Source: Eledone cirrhosa
Lineage: Eukaryota
Length of the DNA: 64,000 nt
Direction of reading: 5' to 3'
Assembly: GCA_964016885.1 (NCBI GenBank)
Contig: OZ024742.1
Location: 227,230,001 to 227,294,000 of the forward strand
Below, piece by piece: positions 27,536 through 41,987 of the stretch. How positions within the stretch are numbered: position 1 is the first letter of the stretch; each line of letters begins with the position of its first letter. Position numbers and translations under genes: made by a program. The notes under the pieces were generated by a model that was not told the origin of the DNA, did not search any database, and was given only the letters and a program-made list of their open reading frames with translations.

Positions 27536-30500
27536 AAGCAACTGTAACAGCAACAACCCCAGCAACAGTAGCAAAACCAACACCACCACCACCCAACGCG
27601 CCAGAACTAGCACCAGCGCCTACACCATCCACCACGCCACAACCAAAACCAACGCTTGTGGAGGATATTCCACTCCCCGACCTATCGCAACTGGAGACAG
27701 ATTGTGACGACGAGGAGTGGGAAACGGTATCAGAAAAAAAGTAAAAAGAAAAAGAAACCAAAAAAGAAAAAAATACTCTTCCTTCCCCCTCCAAAAACAA
27801 AATACAGAGGGAAACAAATAAACTATCAAACAAAAAAGTTAGGACAGCTATACCACCATCCACACCAGTATCACCAACCCCATCACCACAAACACCAACA
27901 CCATCACCATCATTAACCCCAACACCACCATCACCAACACCATAAAAGTCACCAAAAAGCGAAACAGAAACAAACCCACAAAAAACGCAAACAAAACAAC
28001 CAAAACGATACATACTACACAGCATTTGGCAGTATCGGTAGAGCGTCGGACGCCATGCTTTGACGCAGAGAGTTACGGCCCTTGCCATTCTGAGTTCAAA
28101 TCCCGCCGAGGTTAACTTTGTCTTTCATCCTTACGGGGTCGATAAAATAAAGTACCAGTAATACACTGGGAAATTGCTGGCCTTGTGCCAAAAGTAGAAA
28201 CAATTAAATTTGAACAACCAATTATTACACTACATCCAACACAACACCAGCATCACAGAAAAAGACTACACAACAACCCAAAAGTTCACACCACCTCCAC
28301 ACATACAAATCACTCGCATCACACAGAAAACGTACACGACACTAAAACAAAAATTCCCCAAAGACATCGGAGACTTCCGACAAGCACTCTCCAGGAGGAT
28401 TTATAAGGACATCCTTCCGGAGGAGGCCACGAGCAGTGAAAAGGATGGAGAAACCATCCTTCCTCTACGAGAAGTAAGGTAAGTGGTCTTTCCCATCTTT
28501 TCCACTCCATTTCAACATGACCTCACTCAGAATAGGCAGCATAAATGCGCGTGGCTTGGGGTCGTCATGGAAGCAGGGCCACTTGCTCAACGACCTCAGG
28601 TCACTAAACATAGATGTAGTGGCCATCAGCGAGACCAGAATCTCCGAAGCACGGACCTTCGCACCGATCTTCGGCAGCTACGATGTGTACGCATCTCCCA
28701 GCCATCCTGGATCGGGGGGAGGAGTTGCTGTTCTTTTTCGGAGAGGTTTAGATCTCGCCATACAGGCCATCTTCCTGGACCCAGAAGGTAAGTTGGTGGT
28801 GCTGGACGTGACCAGCGGAGTCGAGCAAGCTTTCAGGCTAGCGGCCGTCTATGCCCCGACAGGAGCAGGGCGGCCTGATTTCTTCCGGCGTCTGGAGACC
28901 TTTCTTGGAACGTCCCGCTCTTTAGTGTTAGTGGGCGACTGGAACGGGACTGTGTGGGATTAGCGGATAGAGGAGGAGGGTGCAAGAGCCTCACCAACCT
29001 GCTCAGGCGTTTTGAACTGTTTGACAGGTACCGATTGGATTTCCCAAATGTGCCAATGTGGACTTGGACAAATCGCATAGGGTCATCCAGATCATATCTA
29101 GATAGAGTATTTTGTAGGGAAATAGATAGGTCTAGCATAGGCTGTCCACAATTCAAGATAGTCAGCTACACGGACCACAAATTCGTGATCTGTGTGCTTG
29201 ACTTAGATAGGCTTCATAGACGAGGACCCGGCTACTGGAAGCTAAACGCGTCTTTACCAGCGCGCAAGGCCCACAGAGACCGGATTAGCGAACTAGTTAA
29301 GCGGGCGTTGACGGGGGCCAGCGTCAACAACAAGTGGTGGTTTGCTCTGAAAAGAGCGATTAGAATAGAGTCCATTAGGTTTAGTAAGGCTTTAGCAATA
29401 GAGAAAAATAGAGCAGAGGGAGAACTAGTTAGAAAATTAGACGAGGCGCTTAGCAAAGGCATCGCGACCGACGTGCTTGCGGCGAAATTGGCCCTTGACC
29501 AATTCTTCAATGCAAAGCACGAAGGCTGCGTTGTCAGAGCAAGGGTGCGTGCTCTCAGACACGAGGGGACGAAAGCCGTTCAATGGGCCCGAGTGGCGGA
29601 GGCGCATCGTGGCAACAAAGCCACGATCCGGTCTTTGGTGGACCACGACGGGCGCATGCTACTCGATCCCGGGCAAATGTGTGAAGCTTTTCAGCGACAC
29701 TTCGCACAGCTGTTCGGGGGCAGCGGCGGCCCGGATCGAGGGATGGACTTTAGTGTCTACCTCGACGGACTGCCGCGGCTCTCGGCCACTGAGGCGAAGT
29801 GTTGCGAAAAGCCGATAACAGCCGCTGAAGTAAGGGAGGCAATGACTGGCTGCACAAGGGGTAAATCGCTTGGTTTGGATGGTCTGCCCTATGAACTTTA
29901 CGTACAGATGCCAGACTTGTTCTGAGGCCTCTTGGCGGACGTCTACTGCAACTGGCAACAGAACGGGAGAATTCCCAGTTCTGTGAGCCGAGGAGCGGTG
30001 GCACTGCTGAGAAAGGATCCGAACAAGGGGGATAACATAGATCATTTCCGGCCCATAACTCTGCTAAACACAGAGTTTAAGATTTTGGCCAAGGTGCTAG
30101 CAAAGAGGTTGGCGCTTGTCGTTGGTGGTCTGGTGGGAGAGGCGCAGACATTCGCCATACCCGACAGATCCATCCACGACAACCTCCACCTCATGCGATA
30201 CATCGTAGAGAGAGTAGCTAGGGAACCTGGCACGGGTGGGTCCTTGATCAATTTAGATCAGTCGAAAGCTTTCGATAGGGTCGACCATCGTTACCTAGCG
30301 GCAGTCCTGAGGGCGGCTGGCTTTGGGCCTGTCTTCAGAGGCTGGATCGCTGCCATGCACAGCGACATCTGCTCTGTGGTGAGAGTGAACGGTCACCTGT
30401 CGGAACCGTTCAACATCATGCGCTCGGTCCGCCAAGGATGTCCCCTCTCGTCCCTCTTGTACGTATTGACTTTCGAGCCATTACTGCACAAACTGGAGAC

Positions 30501-31688
30501 GTTGAGGGGCGTCCCGCGCGAACTAGGATGCGGAAGATCCGTGTCAGCATATGCGGACGATGTCACCGTAGTGGTGTCGAACGCCAAACACATCGAGGCG
30601 ATCGGCACTACACTAAGAGAATACGAAGCGGTGACAGGAGCAATGATCAACCAGGAAAAGTCAGTGGGCCTGCAGCTCGGCACCTGGAGAGGCAGGTCCA
30701 TGCCGTCCAACAGCGTCGTCGGACGCTGGACGGACGGACCGGTTAAATTGCTAGGGGTCTGATTCGGTCCGGACCTCCAGACGGACAAAAACTGGGACGA
30801 GGTGACGAGCAGGGTGGTTTCTCTCACCCAGAAATGGGTGGAGAGGAAGCTATCCATGAAAGGTCGAGCGGAGGTGGTGAACGCGTACATCGCGTCCGTC
30901 ATCTACTACCGCCTGACCGTCGTACCTTGTCCTAAGCCTCGCCTGACTGCGCTGGAGCGTTTGCTCTTTCGCTTTTTGTGGAAGGGACGTGCTCCGATGG
31001 TCAGGCGGTCCATCTGTTGTCAACACCCGCTACGTGGAGGGCTGGGCATGCCGTGGCTGATGATGCGCAGGCACGCGCTCAGGCTACGACATCTCCACCT
31101 CTTCCTCGACGGTGATCAGGTGTGGTCGCCGTTTGCTAGACGCGTATTTCCCCAGCTCGTTTCCTTGACGGAGCTGCAGTCGTGGGTCAAGCGAAGACCG
31201 AGAGGGAGCGCCTGGAGACTGGAATGTCTTCAGGCGCTCACAGCCCTCGACCAATCGGGCAATGTGATCGGTGGAAACTCCACCTCGGCGTTCTATAGGG
31301 GATTAGTGGAGGGGAAGAGCGACGACGTACTTGGGGAAACTCTAGGCGTCGACGAAAATCAACTAGCCAATCTCTTCGGAAGAACTTTCGGGCCAGGGCC
31401 TATGGACAACTTCCAGAAATCTCTGGCCTGGCAGTGCTACCGAGGAGCCTTGCCAGTTCGGGATAAACTCTACAGGCATGGAGGTGCCGTCAGCCGGGCA
31501 TGTCCGAGATGCGCGCAGGGCGACGAAACCGTCCTGCACGCACTTGTCCAGTGTCCGAAAATTGCTGACTTGTGGGTTTATGTCGAACACCTGCTGTCGC
31601 GTTTAGGACGGATCCGGCTATCATCTGAGTCCATCGTGAGGATTGCCCCGCCCTCCTCCTTTAGCCGGGAAGGGCAGGCAGTTTTTAT
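27536..31688 (+). mobile_element. Tx1/L1-clade LINE: ORF1 remnant with SINE insertion, near-complete ORF2, 3' truncated
   Basis: GC-rich block. The low-complexity ORF1 tail (EEWETVSEKK) precedes the ORF2 ATG at 28517. Confidence 0.9.
28517..31688 (+). pseudogene. Tx1-type ORF2: APE endonuclease, reverse transcriptase and C-terminal Zn knuckle
   Basis: GSINARGL, AISET, VYAP, GDWN, YLDRVF, YTDH; LDGLPYE, RPITLLN, DQSKAFDRV, RQGCPLS, YADDVT; CPRC..ETVLHALVQC. Frameshift near 28950, stops at 29923 and 30760. Confidence 0.93.
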
Positions 31689-33050
31689 CTGTTCCAGTTT
31701 CTTGTCCGTCTGTATCCTAAAATCCCACAGCACCTTCACCTGATCGTTTTCTATCACCGACTCTGGCTTATGTTCATACCACTTCTCAGAATGTGGTAAA
31801 TTGTTTACTTTGCATAGGTGCCAGTGGATCACCCTGCCCATCACATCATGTCTCCAGCCTTTATAGTGAGTCTGGGCTAGGTGTTTACACTTGGATACAA
31901 TGTGAGCCACAGTCTCCTCTCTCTCTCCACAGATCCTGCAGAGTGGGCCAGCCTCCTCCTTGTAAATATGGTGTTTCAGCCACTTCGTTTTGAGGGCCTG
32001 CTCTTGTGCAGCCATTAGCATTCATCCTGTAGCCTTTTTAAGGTCTCCTCTTTTCAACCAGTTCCATGTCTGTGGATCTCTGCATTCAGTTTTCTCAAAG
32101 AAGGTACTATGAAGGGATTTTTCATGAAGGCTGCTCTTTCTCCTCGTTGTTATTTCCTCCTTGGACATCCCCTGGTCTATTGTCTTCTTCTTCATTACAA
32201 TTCTGAGCATTGGCTCCTTACTATCAGTCACGTATTTGTGTACGTTGTTTTTCTCCATCTGAACACAGTCTTCTATGCTGATAAGACCTCTTCCACCTTC
32301 AGATCTCCTTAAGTAGAGTCTATCGACATCACTCCTCTTGTGGAACATGTTGTAGAAAGTCAATAGCTTCCTAGTCTTCCTATCCATTTCTTTTTGTTCA
32401 GCGACATTCCATCTCAGAATTCCCGCACTGTACCTAATAATAGACAGAGCTTGGGAATTTACTGCACTTGTGGCATTCCTACTGTTCAGATGTGACTTTA
32501 ATACGCTCCTTACTCTCCGAATGTATTCAGATCTTATCAATTCCTTCATTTTTTTGTTCTTGATGTCATCAGGCTCCAGAACACCCAAATACTTGCATCC
32601 TTCTTCAGTGTCAATTTTCTTTATCATCTCACCTGTTGGTACCTGGATTCAGTTGATTCTGCTCAATTTACCCCTCTTCATCACAAGGACTCCATACTTA
32701 CTAATACCAAATTGCATACATATATCATTGCTGAAAATACGGACAGTGTCAACAAGCACATCCAACTCCTTCTCACTCTTCCCGAAGAGCTTAAGATCGT
32801 CCATGAAGAGGAGGTGATTGATGGTAAGCTCTCCCTTTCCCAACTTGTATCCTGCTTTCACTTTTCGCAGTACAATGGTCAGGGGCATCAGGGCATTGAC
32901 AAACAACAGAGGGGACAGATACCTCTCTTGATCTTCACGCCTCCCAAGGATTCTCCAGCTGATGTTAACTCTGTTTTCCAGGACTTCATACTTTTACACA
33001 ACAACTGTCTGATGTTATCTGCCACCTTGAAGATCTCTAGGCTTTTGGTG
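31689..33050 (-). mobile_element. R4/Dong-type LINE, RT to CCHC region (same family as 26620-27535)
   Basis: LSPLLFV, NHLLFMDDLKLF, KYLGVLE, VDRLYLRRSEGGRGL, AAQEQAL, CRICG. Confidence 0.92.
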
Positions 33051-33104
33051 ATTTATTATGATTATTATTATTATTACAGCTGCATTTATTATTATTATTA
33101 TTAC

Positions 33105-33802
33105 AGCTGCATTTATCTTGCTTTATGTTCATACGAGTTATCACCAAGTCACAACCAGTGACCTCAAGAGACAACAAGGTCCGCCATGTTCAAGAAAGAA
33201 CATACATACTCACACATGCATCTTTAGGTGTTTAGACTTGTGATGTACTTATATTGACAGAATCTTCCTTAGTATATGGGCAGTTCCCATTAGTACTATC
33301 TTTTGTATTTCTCCTATACGCGGGTTTCCTCGGATTTGCGATAAGTAATCATTAGATCCCTTAGGTATCATTCCTAGAGCGCCTACAACCACTGGTATTG
33401 TTTTAGTTCTCAATTTCCACATTTTTCCAATTTCTATCTCCAGGTCCTTATACTTGCTCAATTTTTCAAATGTTTTTATAGATACATTCTTGTCTATTGG
33501 AACGGACATATCAATTAGCAGGCATACCCTCTTTTTTTTTTTTTTTTTTTTTTTTAAAGTCCTTCAATATTATATCAGGTCTATTTGCATCTATTTTTCG
33601 GTCTGTTTGGATGCTAAAGTTCCACAAGATTGAGATGTGATCTTTTTCAAGTATGGGAGGTGGTTGATGCTCCCACCAATTCTTTTGATGGGGCAGGTCA
33701 AAATGCTTACACATTATCCAATGTATGTATTGTGCAGCTCTGTCATGCCTGTTTAGGTATTCGGTTGGAGCTATAGGACTGCACATTGAAATTATATGGT
33801 CA
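33105..33802 (-). mobile_element. Second R4/Dong-type family, 5'-truncated 3' end between (TAA)n runs
   Basis: HIISMC..RHD..NRPDIILKD..DMSVP..EKLSKYKDL..PVVVGALG..GTAHILRKILS, followed by a 3' UTR. Confidence 0.9.
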
Positions 33803-33836
<34 letters not shown>

Positions 33837-33837
<1 letters not shown>

Positions 33838-35248
33838 CTCTATATATATAAAACGGAAGATGTCTGTCTGTGTGTGTGTATGATTTTTATGCATTTCCAC
33901 ATTTCTCTACTGATTTTGATGATCTTTTTCCCAATGTGCTTCAAATTTACCAAGGCTGGTCAACGCGTAATAAAGTTTGCCAAATATTTCCTGCTTCTAT
34001 GAAAAAATCGATAAAACTAAATACATGCTGTAACCCTCTCTCTTACACACTTATTCACTCTCACTACTACCCTCAACAATCTATGAAACTACATACATGT
34101 TGAAACTCTCTTTAAAAGGTTCATCCCTCCCTCTACTCCCCCCTCAATCTCCTCTGAAACTCTCTTTAAAAGGTTACTGCCTCCGTCTACTACCCTATCA
34201 CCATTACAATTTAGAACAGCGACAAAACTTCTTTTCAAGGAACGCGAGACAAACTTTGAAAACTAATCAACACATCGATTTAGACAACAACAAACATAGC
34301 TTCACTCTCTCCGTCGCTCTTCCCTCTCTCTACAATAGATTATTCCCCCTCTCTATAATTTAACTGCTTTACTCTCTTCATGCTTCGAGGTTTAACACAC
34401 CTCCTTATGGTTTCTTAGCTTCACTCTCTCCGTCGCTCTTCCCTCTCTCTATAATAGATCATTCCCCCTCTTCGTTCAGGAACGCGAAATAAACTTTGAT
34501 AACTAAGCAACACATCATTTTATAAACAACAAACATAGTCATAACGACGCTCATACATCAAATAACAAAACTTAAAAAGCCGATAACACTAAATACATAT
34601 TCCTCTCTCAACATTACATTCTACATCAAATAACAAATATTTAAAAGCAACAGATGTATTTATAAAACAACAAACGTAATCATAACGACGCTCAAGCATT
34701 CATTTACTTGAATCTCAACAAAGACATTATATTTTATTGTTGTCCTTTTTGTAATTTTTTTTCTTTGTTTTTCGCAACATGAGACAAAAATATAATGAGA
34801 AAACTTTTTTCAGGAACGTCCGATTTCAATGATTTTTTTCCAGTGTGCTCCAAAATATTGCCCCTGTTTACGCTCGTTTGTGCTATAACTCAGACGGGCT
34901 TGGCTTACAGGTTTGACCTACTATTTGACGTGCATTCTTCATACAACTTACTTAATACTCACTTTCCACTTATTCACTGTTCAATTGAAATTTTTCGCTA
35001 CTCCCCCTTGATACTCAGCGGCATCAGGGCCACCATCTTGCAACTTTGGTCTGCTAAATTCGCTATTGGATGATTATTAACCCATCATTGATTGTCCAAA
35101 ATGCTAATCGGTTCGTAACTTTTAATAACCTGTTCAACTGCTTTATGCACTTAATTGATAAGCTTATTCGCTTTCAAGCCACGTTTACCTGTATGTAACT
35201 TTTCATAGCAAATGAACAAACCCGAGCAACGCCGGGCTAAACTGCTAG
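33837..35248 (+). mobile_element. Non-autonomous Helitron
   Basis: 5' TCTCTATATATATAAAA, 3' hairpin CCCGAGCAACGCCGGG then CTAG, inserted between A and T. Internal direct duplications at 34237-34540. Confidence 0.88.
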
Positions 35249-35476
35249 TTATATATATATATTTCATATATATTTTTATTTGTCTGACCCGAATTTTCTT
35301 GGTCGTATTTTCGGCTGTGCGAATGATTGTTTAAGCATCGTCTCAGTGTGTTGGTATTAAACGTTAGTTATAGCTCTGGTTTATCCAAACTATTGAGCAC
35401 TTTGCCACACATTTCGAAGATTGTGTTTCGTTATTTCGTGGGCCGAGGTTTCGATTCTCGATAATTTATTTTTATT

Positions 35477-37230
<1,754 letters not shown>

Positions 37231-38867
37231 GGAACTTTTCTCAGGCTCTATGGATAGCAACCCCACCATACTGAGTCCCAGAAACACCAACCCCGCCGAC
37301 TGTACATACCTCTCTCCTCTCCTCTCTTCTTGTCACGACTAGCATTTAAAACACTACAGAGCCGCACTTACTTAGCAGTGGTTCACCCTTCTTTCTCACT
37401 TCCTTAGTTCTAACCCAAGTAAACAGCCACTAGCTAATTAGCGAGATAATATAAGTTGGCAGATACCCTGGGTATCTCCATGCACCCCACATTTCCGATC
37501 ACCGGGCTTCACCATCCACCCCCAGTCTGTAATCCAGTTTTCCAAGGGACAAGCTACCCCCAACCTAATCCCTTTCGTACATAAAAGTCAGTACTAACAG
37601 TGATAAGTAAATAAGACGTACTTATTATTTCTTTTCCCACCCCTCTATGTGTCTGTGTGTGTGTGTACGTATACACATATGTATGTGTATATATGTGTAC
37701 ATGGATATGTTTATGTATGGATGTATGTGTATGTATACACGTATGTGTGTGTATGTGTATATATGTATACATAGATATGTTTATGTATGGATGTATGTGC
37801 ATGTATAGATATATGTGGGCGTGTGCATGTATGTATATATTTGTGTGTACGTGTGGAGGTACGTAGATGAATGTTTGCGGGTGTGTACTAAATGGATTAT
37901 AATGTTTAATACCTACAGTTATAATTCTAACATCTCTTACTGTCAGGATTGTTGATATGGACAAGCATTCACGCTCCCTGATGAACCCATATCAGGTTAC
38001 ATACATGAATTCTTCACTAACAACTATAATACTACCTCAAAAGGAGTGGTAGTGGTTGACCTGTTTACACCACTGCCACTATAGTCAATTAGGTCAACTA
38101 GACGAGAACACCCTTATATACCGATAGCTGGTTATGCTTTGCAGTATAGAGTTACGGCCCTTTATGATCTGAGATCAAATCCCGCCGAGGTTAACTTTGC
38201 CTTTCATCCTTACGGGGTCGATAAAATAAACTACCAGTCACGCACTGGATTCGATTTAATCGACTTTCCCCTCCCCCAAAATGGTTGGCCTTGTGCCTAT
38301 ATAAGAAACCGCTATTATAACTGGTTGTTAAAAACAACCCTAGCAGGCTGACCTGTTTCAAGGATCCCCCCTGTCTCTCCTCCTTCTCTCTCCTTCTTCC
38401 ACTTACTTTCGCTCACCCCATCTGCTAGTCACCTTCTCTCGGCTAGCCAATCTCTTTCTCGCTTCCTCTTACTTTCACTCACCCCCTCTCTCCGCTAGTT
38501 CACTTCCTTCCTCGTCCGCCACTGCAAGCAGTCTCTTCTCTAGCTCACACTGCTACAGTGAAGACGTGTCTTTTTTCTCTCATCAAACCTGCCAGAACTT
38601 ATGTTCGAAAAGAGTTGTTGACTTGATATTTTTCCTCTCTTTACATTGCTTCACCCTTCGTGTCTGTTTACATTTTTTTCTCTCTCTCTCCCCCCTTTTT
38701 TTATCCCAATAACTTACTTTAGTTATTGTTTGTCCTAGGCTGAGGTATCTTGTCTCTAACGCGAAGAAATACCTATGATTCCTAGCAGACAACTGACGAT
38801 GGATATTACCCTCTTTCGCCCGTAACTTTTATTTTCATTATACTTAACTGCAACCATACAGCCCGCC

Positions 38868-38933
<66 letters not shown>

Positions 38934-39036
38934 ATACTTGGGGAGGGTCATATTTGCGTAATATTGCCAGAATTAATAACAGAACACACTCACAAAAAAA
39001 TGGCGTAGACATACAACACAACAGGAGGAACAATGA

Positions 39037-39093
39037 ATATAACACCACTGACGATGTTGCAGATGTGCAACGAAAGATTTATGTAAATTATGT
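39037..39093 (+). ncRNA. Type I hammerhead ribozyme motif
   Basis: CTGACGA(T), helix II GTTGCA/TGCAAC, GAAA, helix III AG-AT-TT, UUA site (cut after 39081). Helix I is only CA/TG plus distal ATATAA/TTATGT. Confidence 0.65.
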
Positions 39094-39344
39094 AAACTAT
39101 ATATATATATATGTGTTTGTGTCTATATTGTATCTGTATTATTTTTGACCGCCGGTCAGTCAATGGCAACATTGAGGACCGAGTAAGTTAGATCGCAGAT
39201 ATAATAAAAGACAGCGAGAAGCGAAAACCAACCAAACAGTGAGTGTGTTCTGTTATTAATTCTGGCAATATTACGCAAATATGACCCTCCCCAAGTATAA
39301 CAATATCTGTTTCGACACACGATTTCATATAAAAAACCTCGCAA

Positions 39345-39384
<40 letters not shown>

Positions 39385-39856
39385 GTTGGTAAATCAATGA
39401 TAAATATTGATTGCCAGCTAAATTAACTATGGGGATATCAAATATACGTAAGCGAAAACCAGCCCAAACCAAACTGAGCGTGTTTTATTATATATTTCTA
39501 GCAATATTATAACAACATGACCCTCCCCAAACATAACAATATTTATTTCAACACACGATTTCATATCAAAAACCTTGCCAAACAAATTTATCGCCATATA
39601 TATATATATATATATGGCGAATATTTTTGAAGCTTGTTTCTGTCCCCTACGGTATGCTATACTTTCTGTTGTTCTCCTGTCTCACTCGCTTTACGCGTTT
39701 TAATTGTCCTAATAACTTATTTTGGTTATTATTGCACCGAAGTGAGATATATGATTTTTAATGCAATGAAATATCTATGATCTTCGGCAAATCACTGATG
39801 AGGGACTTATTTTATTACATGTTATCCATGTGCTACCTGCAGTATTTTTCTCTATA

Positions 39857-39912
<56 letters not shown>

Positions 39913-39944
39913 GTATATATATATGTATATATGTGTATATATGT

Positions 39945-40548
39945 CAGGTCACCAGTTGGTGCTACTGGTAACATGTATCCCAGTACAACCTGTCTCATGG
40001 TCGGGTCGTTGGCGACTAAACTGGCAACCCCACCAAGGTTTCTTGGTGAGGAGGGTGACTTTGGACATCCTGCAGGACTAAAAACAAAACCTGTCAAAGG
40101 GCAAGGGAGCTCTTAAGCCTCAATAGCCATCCAAAATCACCGGGAGAGATGACCCCTTAGCCTTTGTCAAGGCAGAATTCTAGGAGAAGGAAAACTCTGA
40201 TATAACACCTGCAACCCTGATGGTATCCAATGATGTTGACTTGTTCTTCTTTTTGGTAAATATCATCTTGGTTAAGAGAGTGGGACTGGCTTTGTGCAGT
40301 GCCTTTGCTCACTATAAAAGCTTCACAGCACAGGCATTGCTTTATATCTGGAGATCTCTCTGCACTTGTCATCACATGGTCAATATGATGCACTATGTGT
40401 CAATAATGGTCACAAGTGTAGTCTTTGTACCAGAGTTTTCAAGTCGCTGGCTGGACTAAAAAGTCACATTCGTTCAGCGCATCGGTAGGGGTTCTCCTAC
40501 ATGGATATAAAGCAGTGGCCGTACTCGAAAACGAGTTGGCAGCCACCA
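39945..40548 (+). mobile_element. Internally deleted RTE (BovB-like) element
   Basis: A putative 5' UTR is joined to a C-terminal C2H2-like [20 protein letters not shown] and a short 3' UTR. Confidence 0.6.
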
Positions 40549-40568
40549 TGTGTATATATATATATGTG

Positions 40569-40602
<34 letters not shown>

Positions 40603-40629
40603 TATATAATGTATATATATATATATATG

Positions 40630-40699
<70 letters not shown>

Positions 40700-40867
40700 A
40701 TGTATATATATATAATGTATATATATATAATGTATATATATATAATGTATATATATATATGTATATATATGTATATATATATATATATAATGTATATATA
40801 TATAATGTATATATATATAATGTATATATATATAATGTATATATATATAATGTATATATATATAATG

Positions 40868-40943
<76 letters not shown>

Positions 40944-41699
40944 GTCTATATATATGAAGGAACGATCGACTTTCGTCAAATCGGACCGAGGCAACAATGT
41001 TTCCGTTGGTGTTTCCAATTGCTAATACTATCTATCGGTCGCAACTCCAGGTAGAAGGAGCAACGTGAAATAAAGTGTCTTGCTCAAGGACATAACGCAT
41101 CGCCTGGTCCAGGAATCGAACTCACAACCTTATATGTATGTATGTATATCGTCATCATCACCGCTGTTGAACGTCTATTTTCCCACGCTTGCATGGGTTA
41201 GACTGGTTGTCACGTTATAAGACAATTTCGGTCAAGTGACCATGCCTTGCTCATACAGATATATTTGGAGTTGGTTTCTACGGCTGGATGCCCTTCCTAA
41301 CGTTACAGTGTATACGGGGTACTTTTTCGTGTCACCAACACGACCTAGCACCAGAACACCATACAGAGTGGACTTTGTGTTTTTTTTCTTTTGTGTGGAT
41401 TGCTTATATTTATATTTTTCCTCTACAACTGAACATCAGATGTGATGGTGTCTATAGGTGGGTGGCTGGAGAGGTATATCAGGGGCGAAGAGTGAGGGTT
41501 GGTGTGGGGGTAAAAAAACGCAGGTTTGACATGGGTGAGGTGTGGAGGTATTAAGTTTTGGGAAGGGTAAAGAGCAGAATATGTTTGTTTCATCCTGTGC
41601 ACATGGGAGGTCGTATCGTCTGCTGTAACGCATAATGCCAAAGATTTCGACCTTGTATCATCCCCTTTGTCAGGTTTAATTGGCCAAGATCAGCTTTTA

Positions 41700-41956
41700 T
41701 CACTTCATCCTAAGCTTTCCAGGGTTTTCCTCTTTCCTCGACGTTGAGCGCTCTAGCTGCCATCCCATACCCTCACAATTTCCACTCCTGTAAGTTCTTG
41801 TTACTTTCTGCACAAAAAAACATCGATGACATACAAAACATACATTCTTTGCTTGCCTGCTTGAGATCCCACTAAATCTCTTGTGTACCCAAGGTTTGCA
41901 TTTGGGACATAGGGCGGAATTTCTACCTACTCCTTTCGTACACACTGTGCAAGGCC

Positions 41957-41960
<4 letters not shown>
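41700..41960 (-). pseudogene. RTE fragment with PHD-like finger
   Basis: WPCTVCTKGVGRNSALCPKCKPWVHKRFSGIS..FVCHRC. Confidence 0.75.

Positions 41961-41987
<27 letters not shown>

Noticed and set aside
40425-41018. Long YI/IY-rich ORFs (and similar ones across the window)
   Set aside because: Translations of (TA)n, (CA)n and (GA)n microsatellites.
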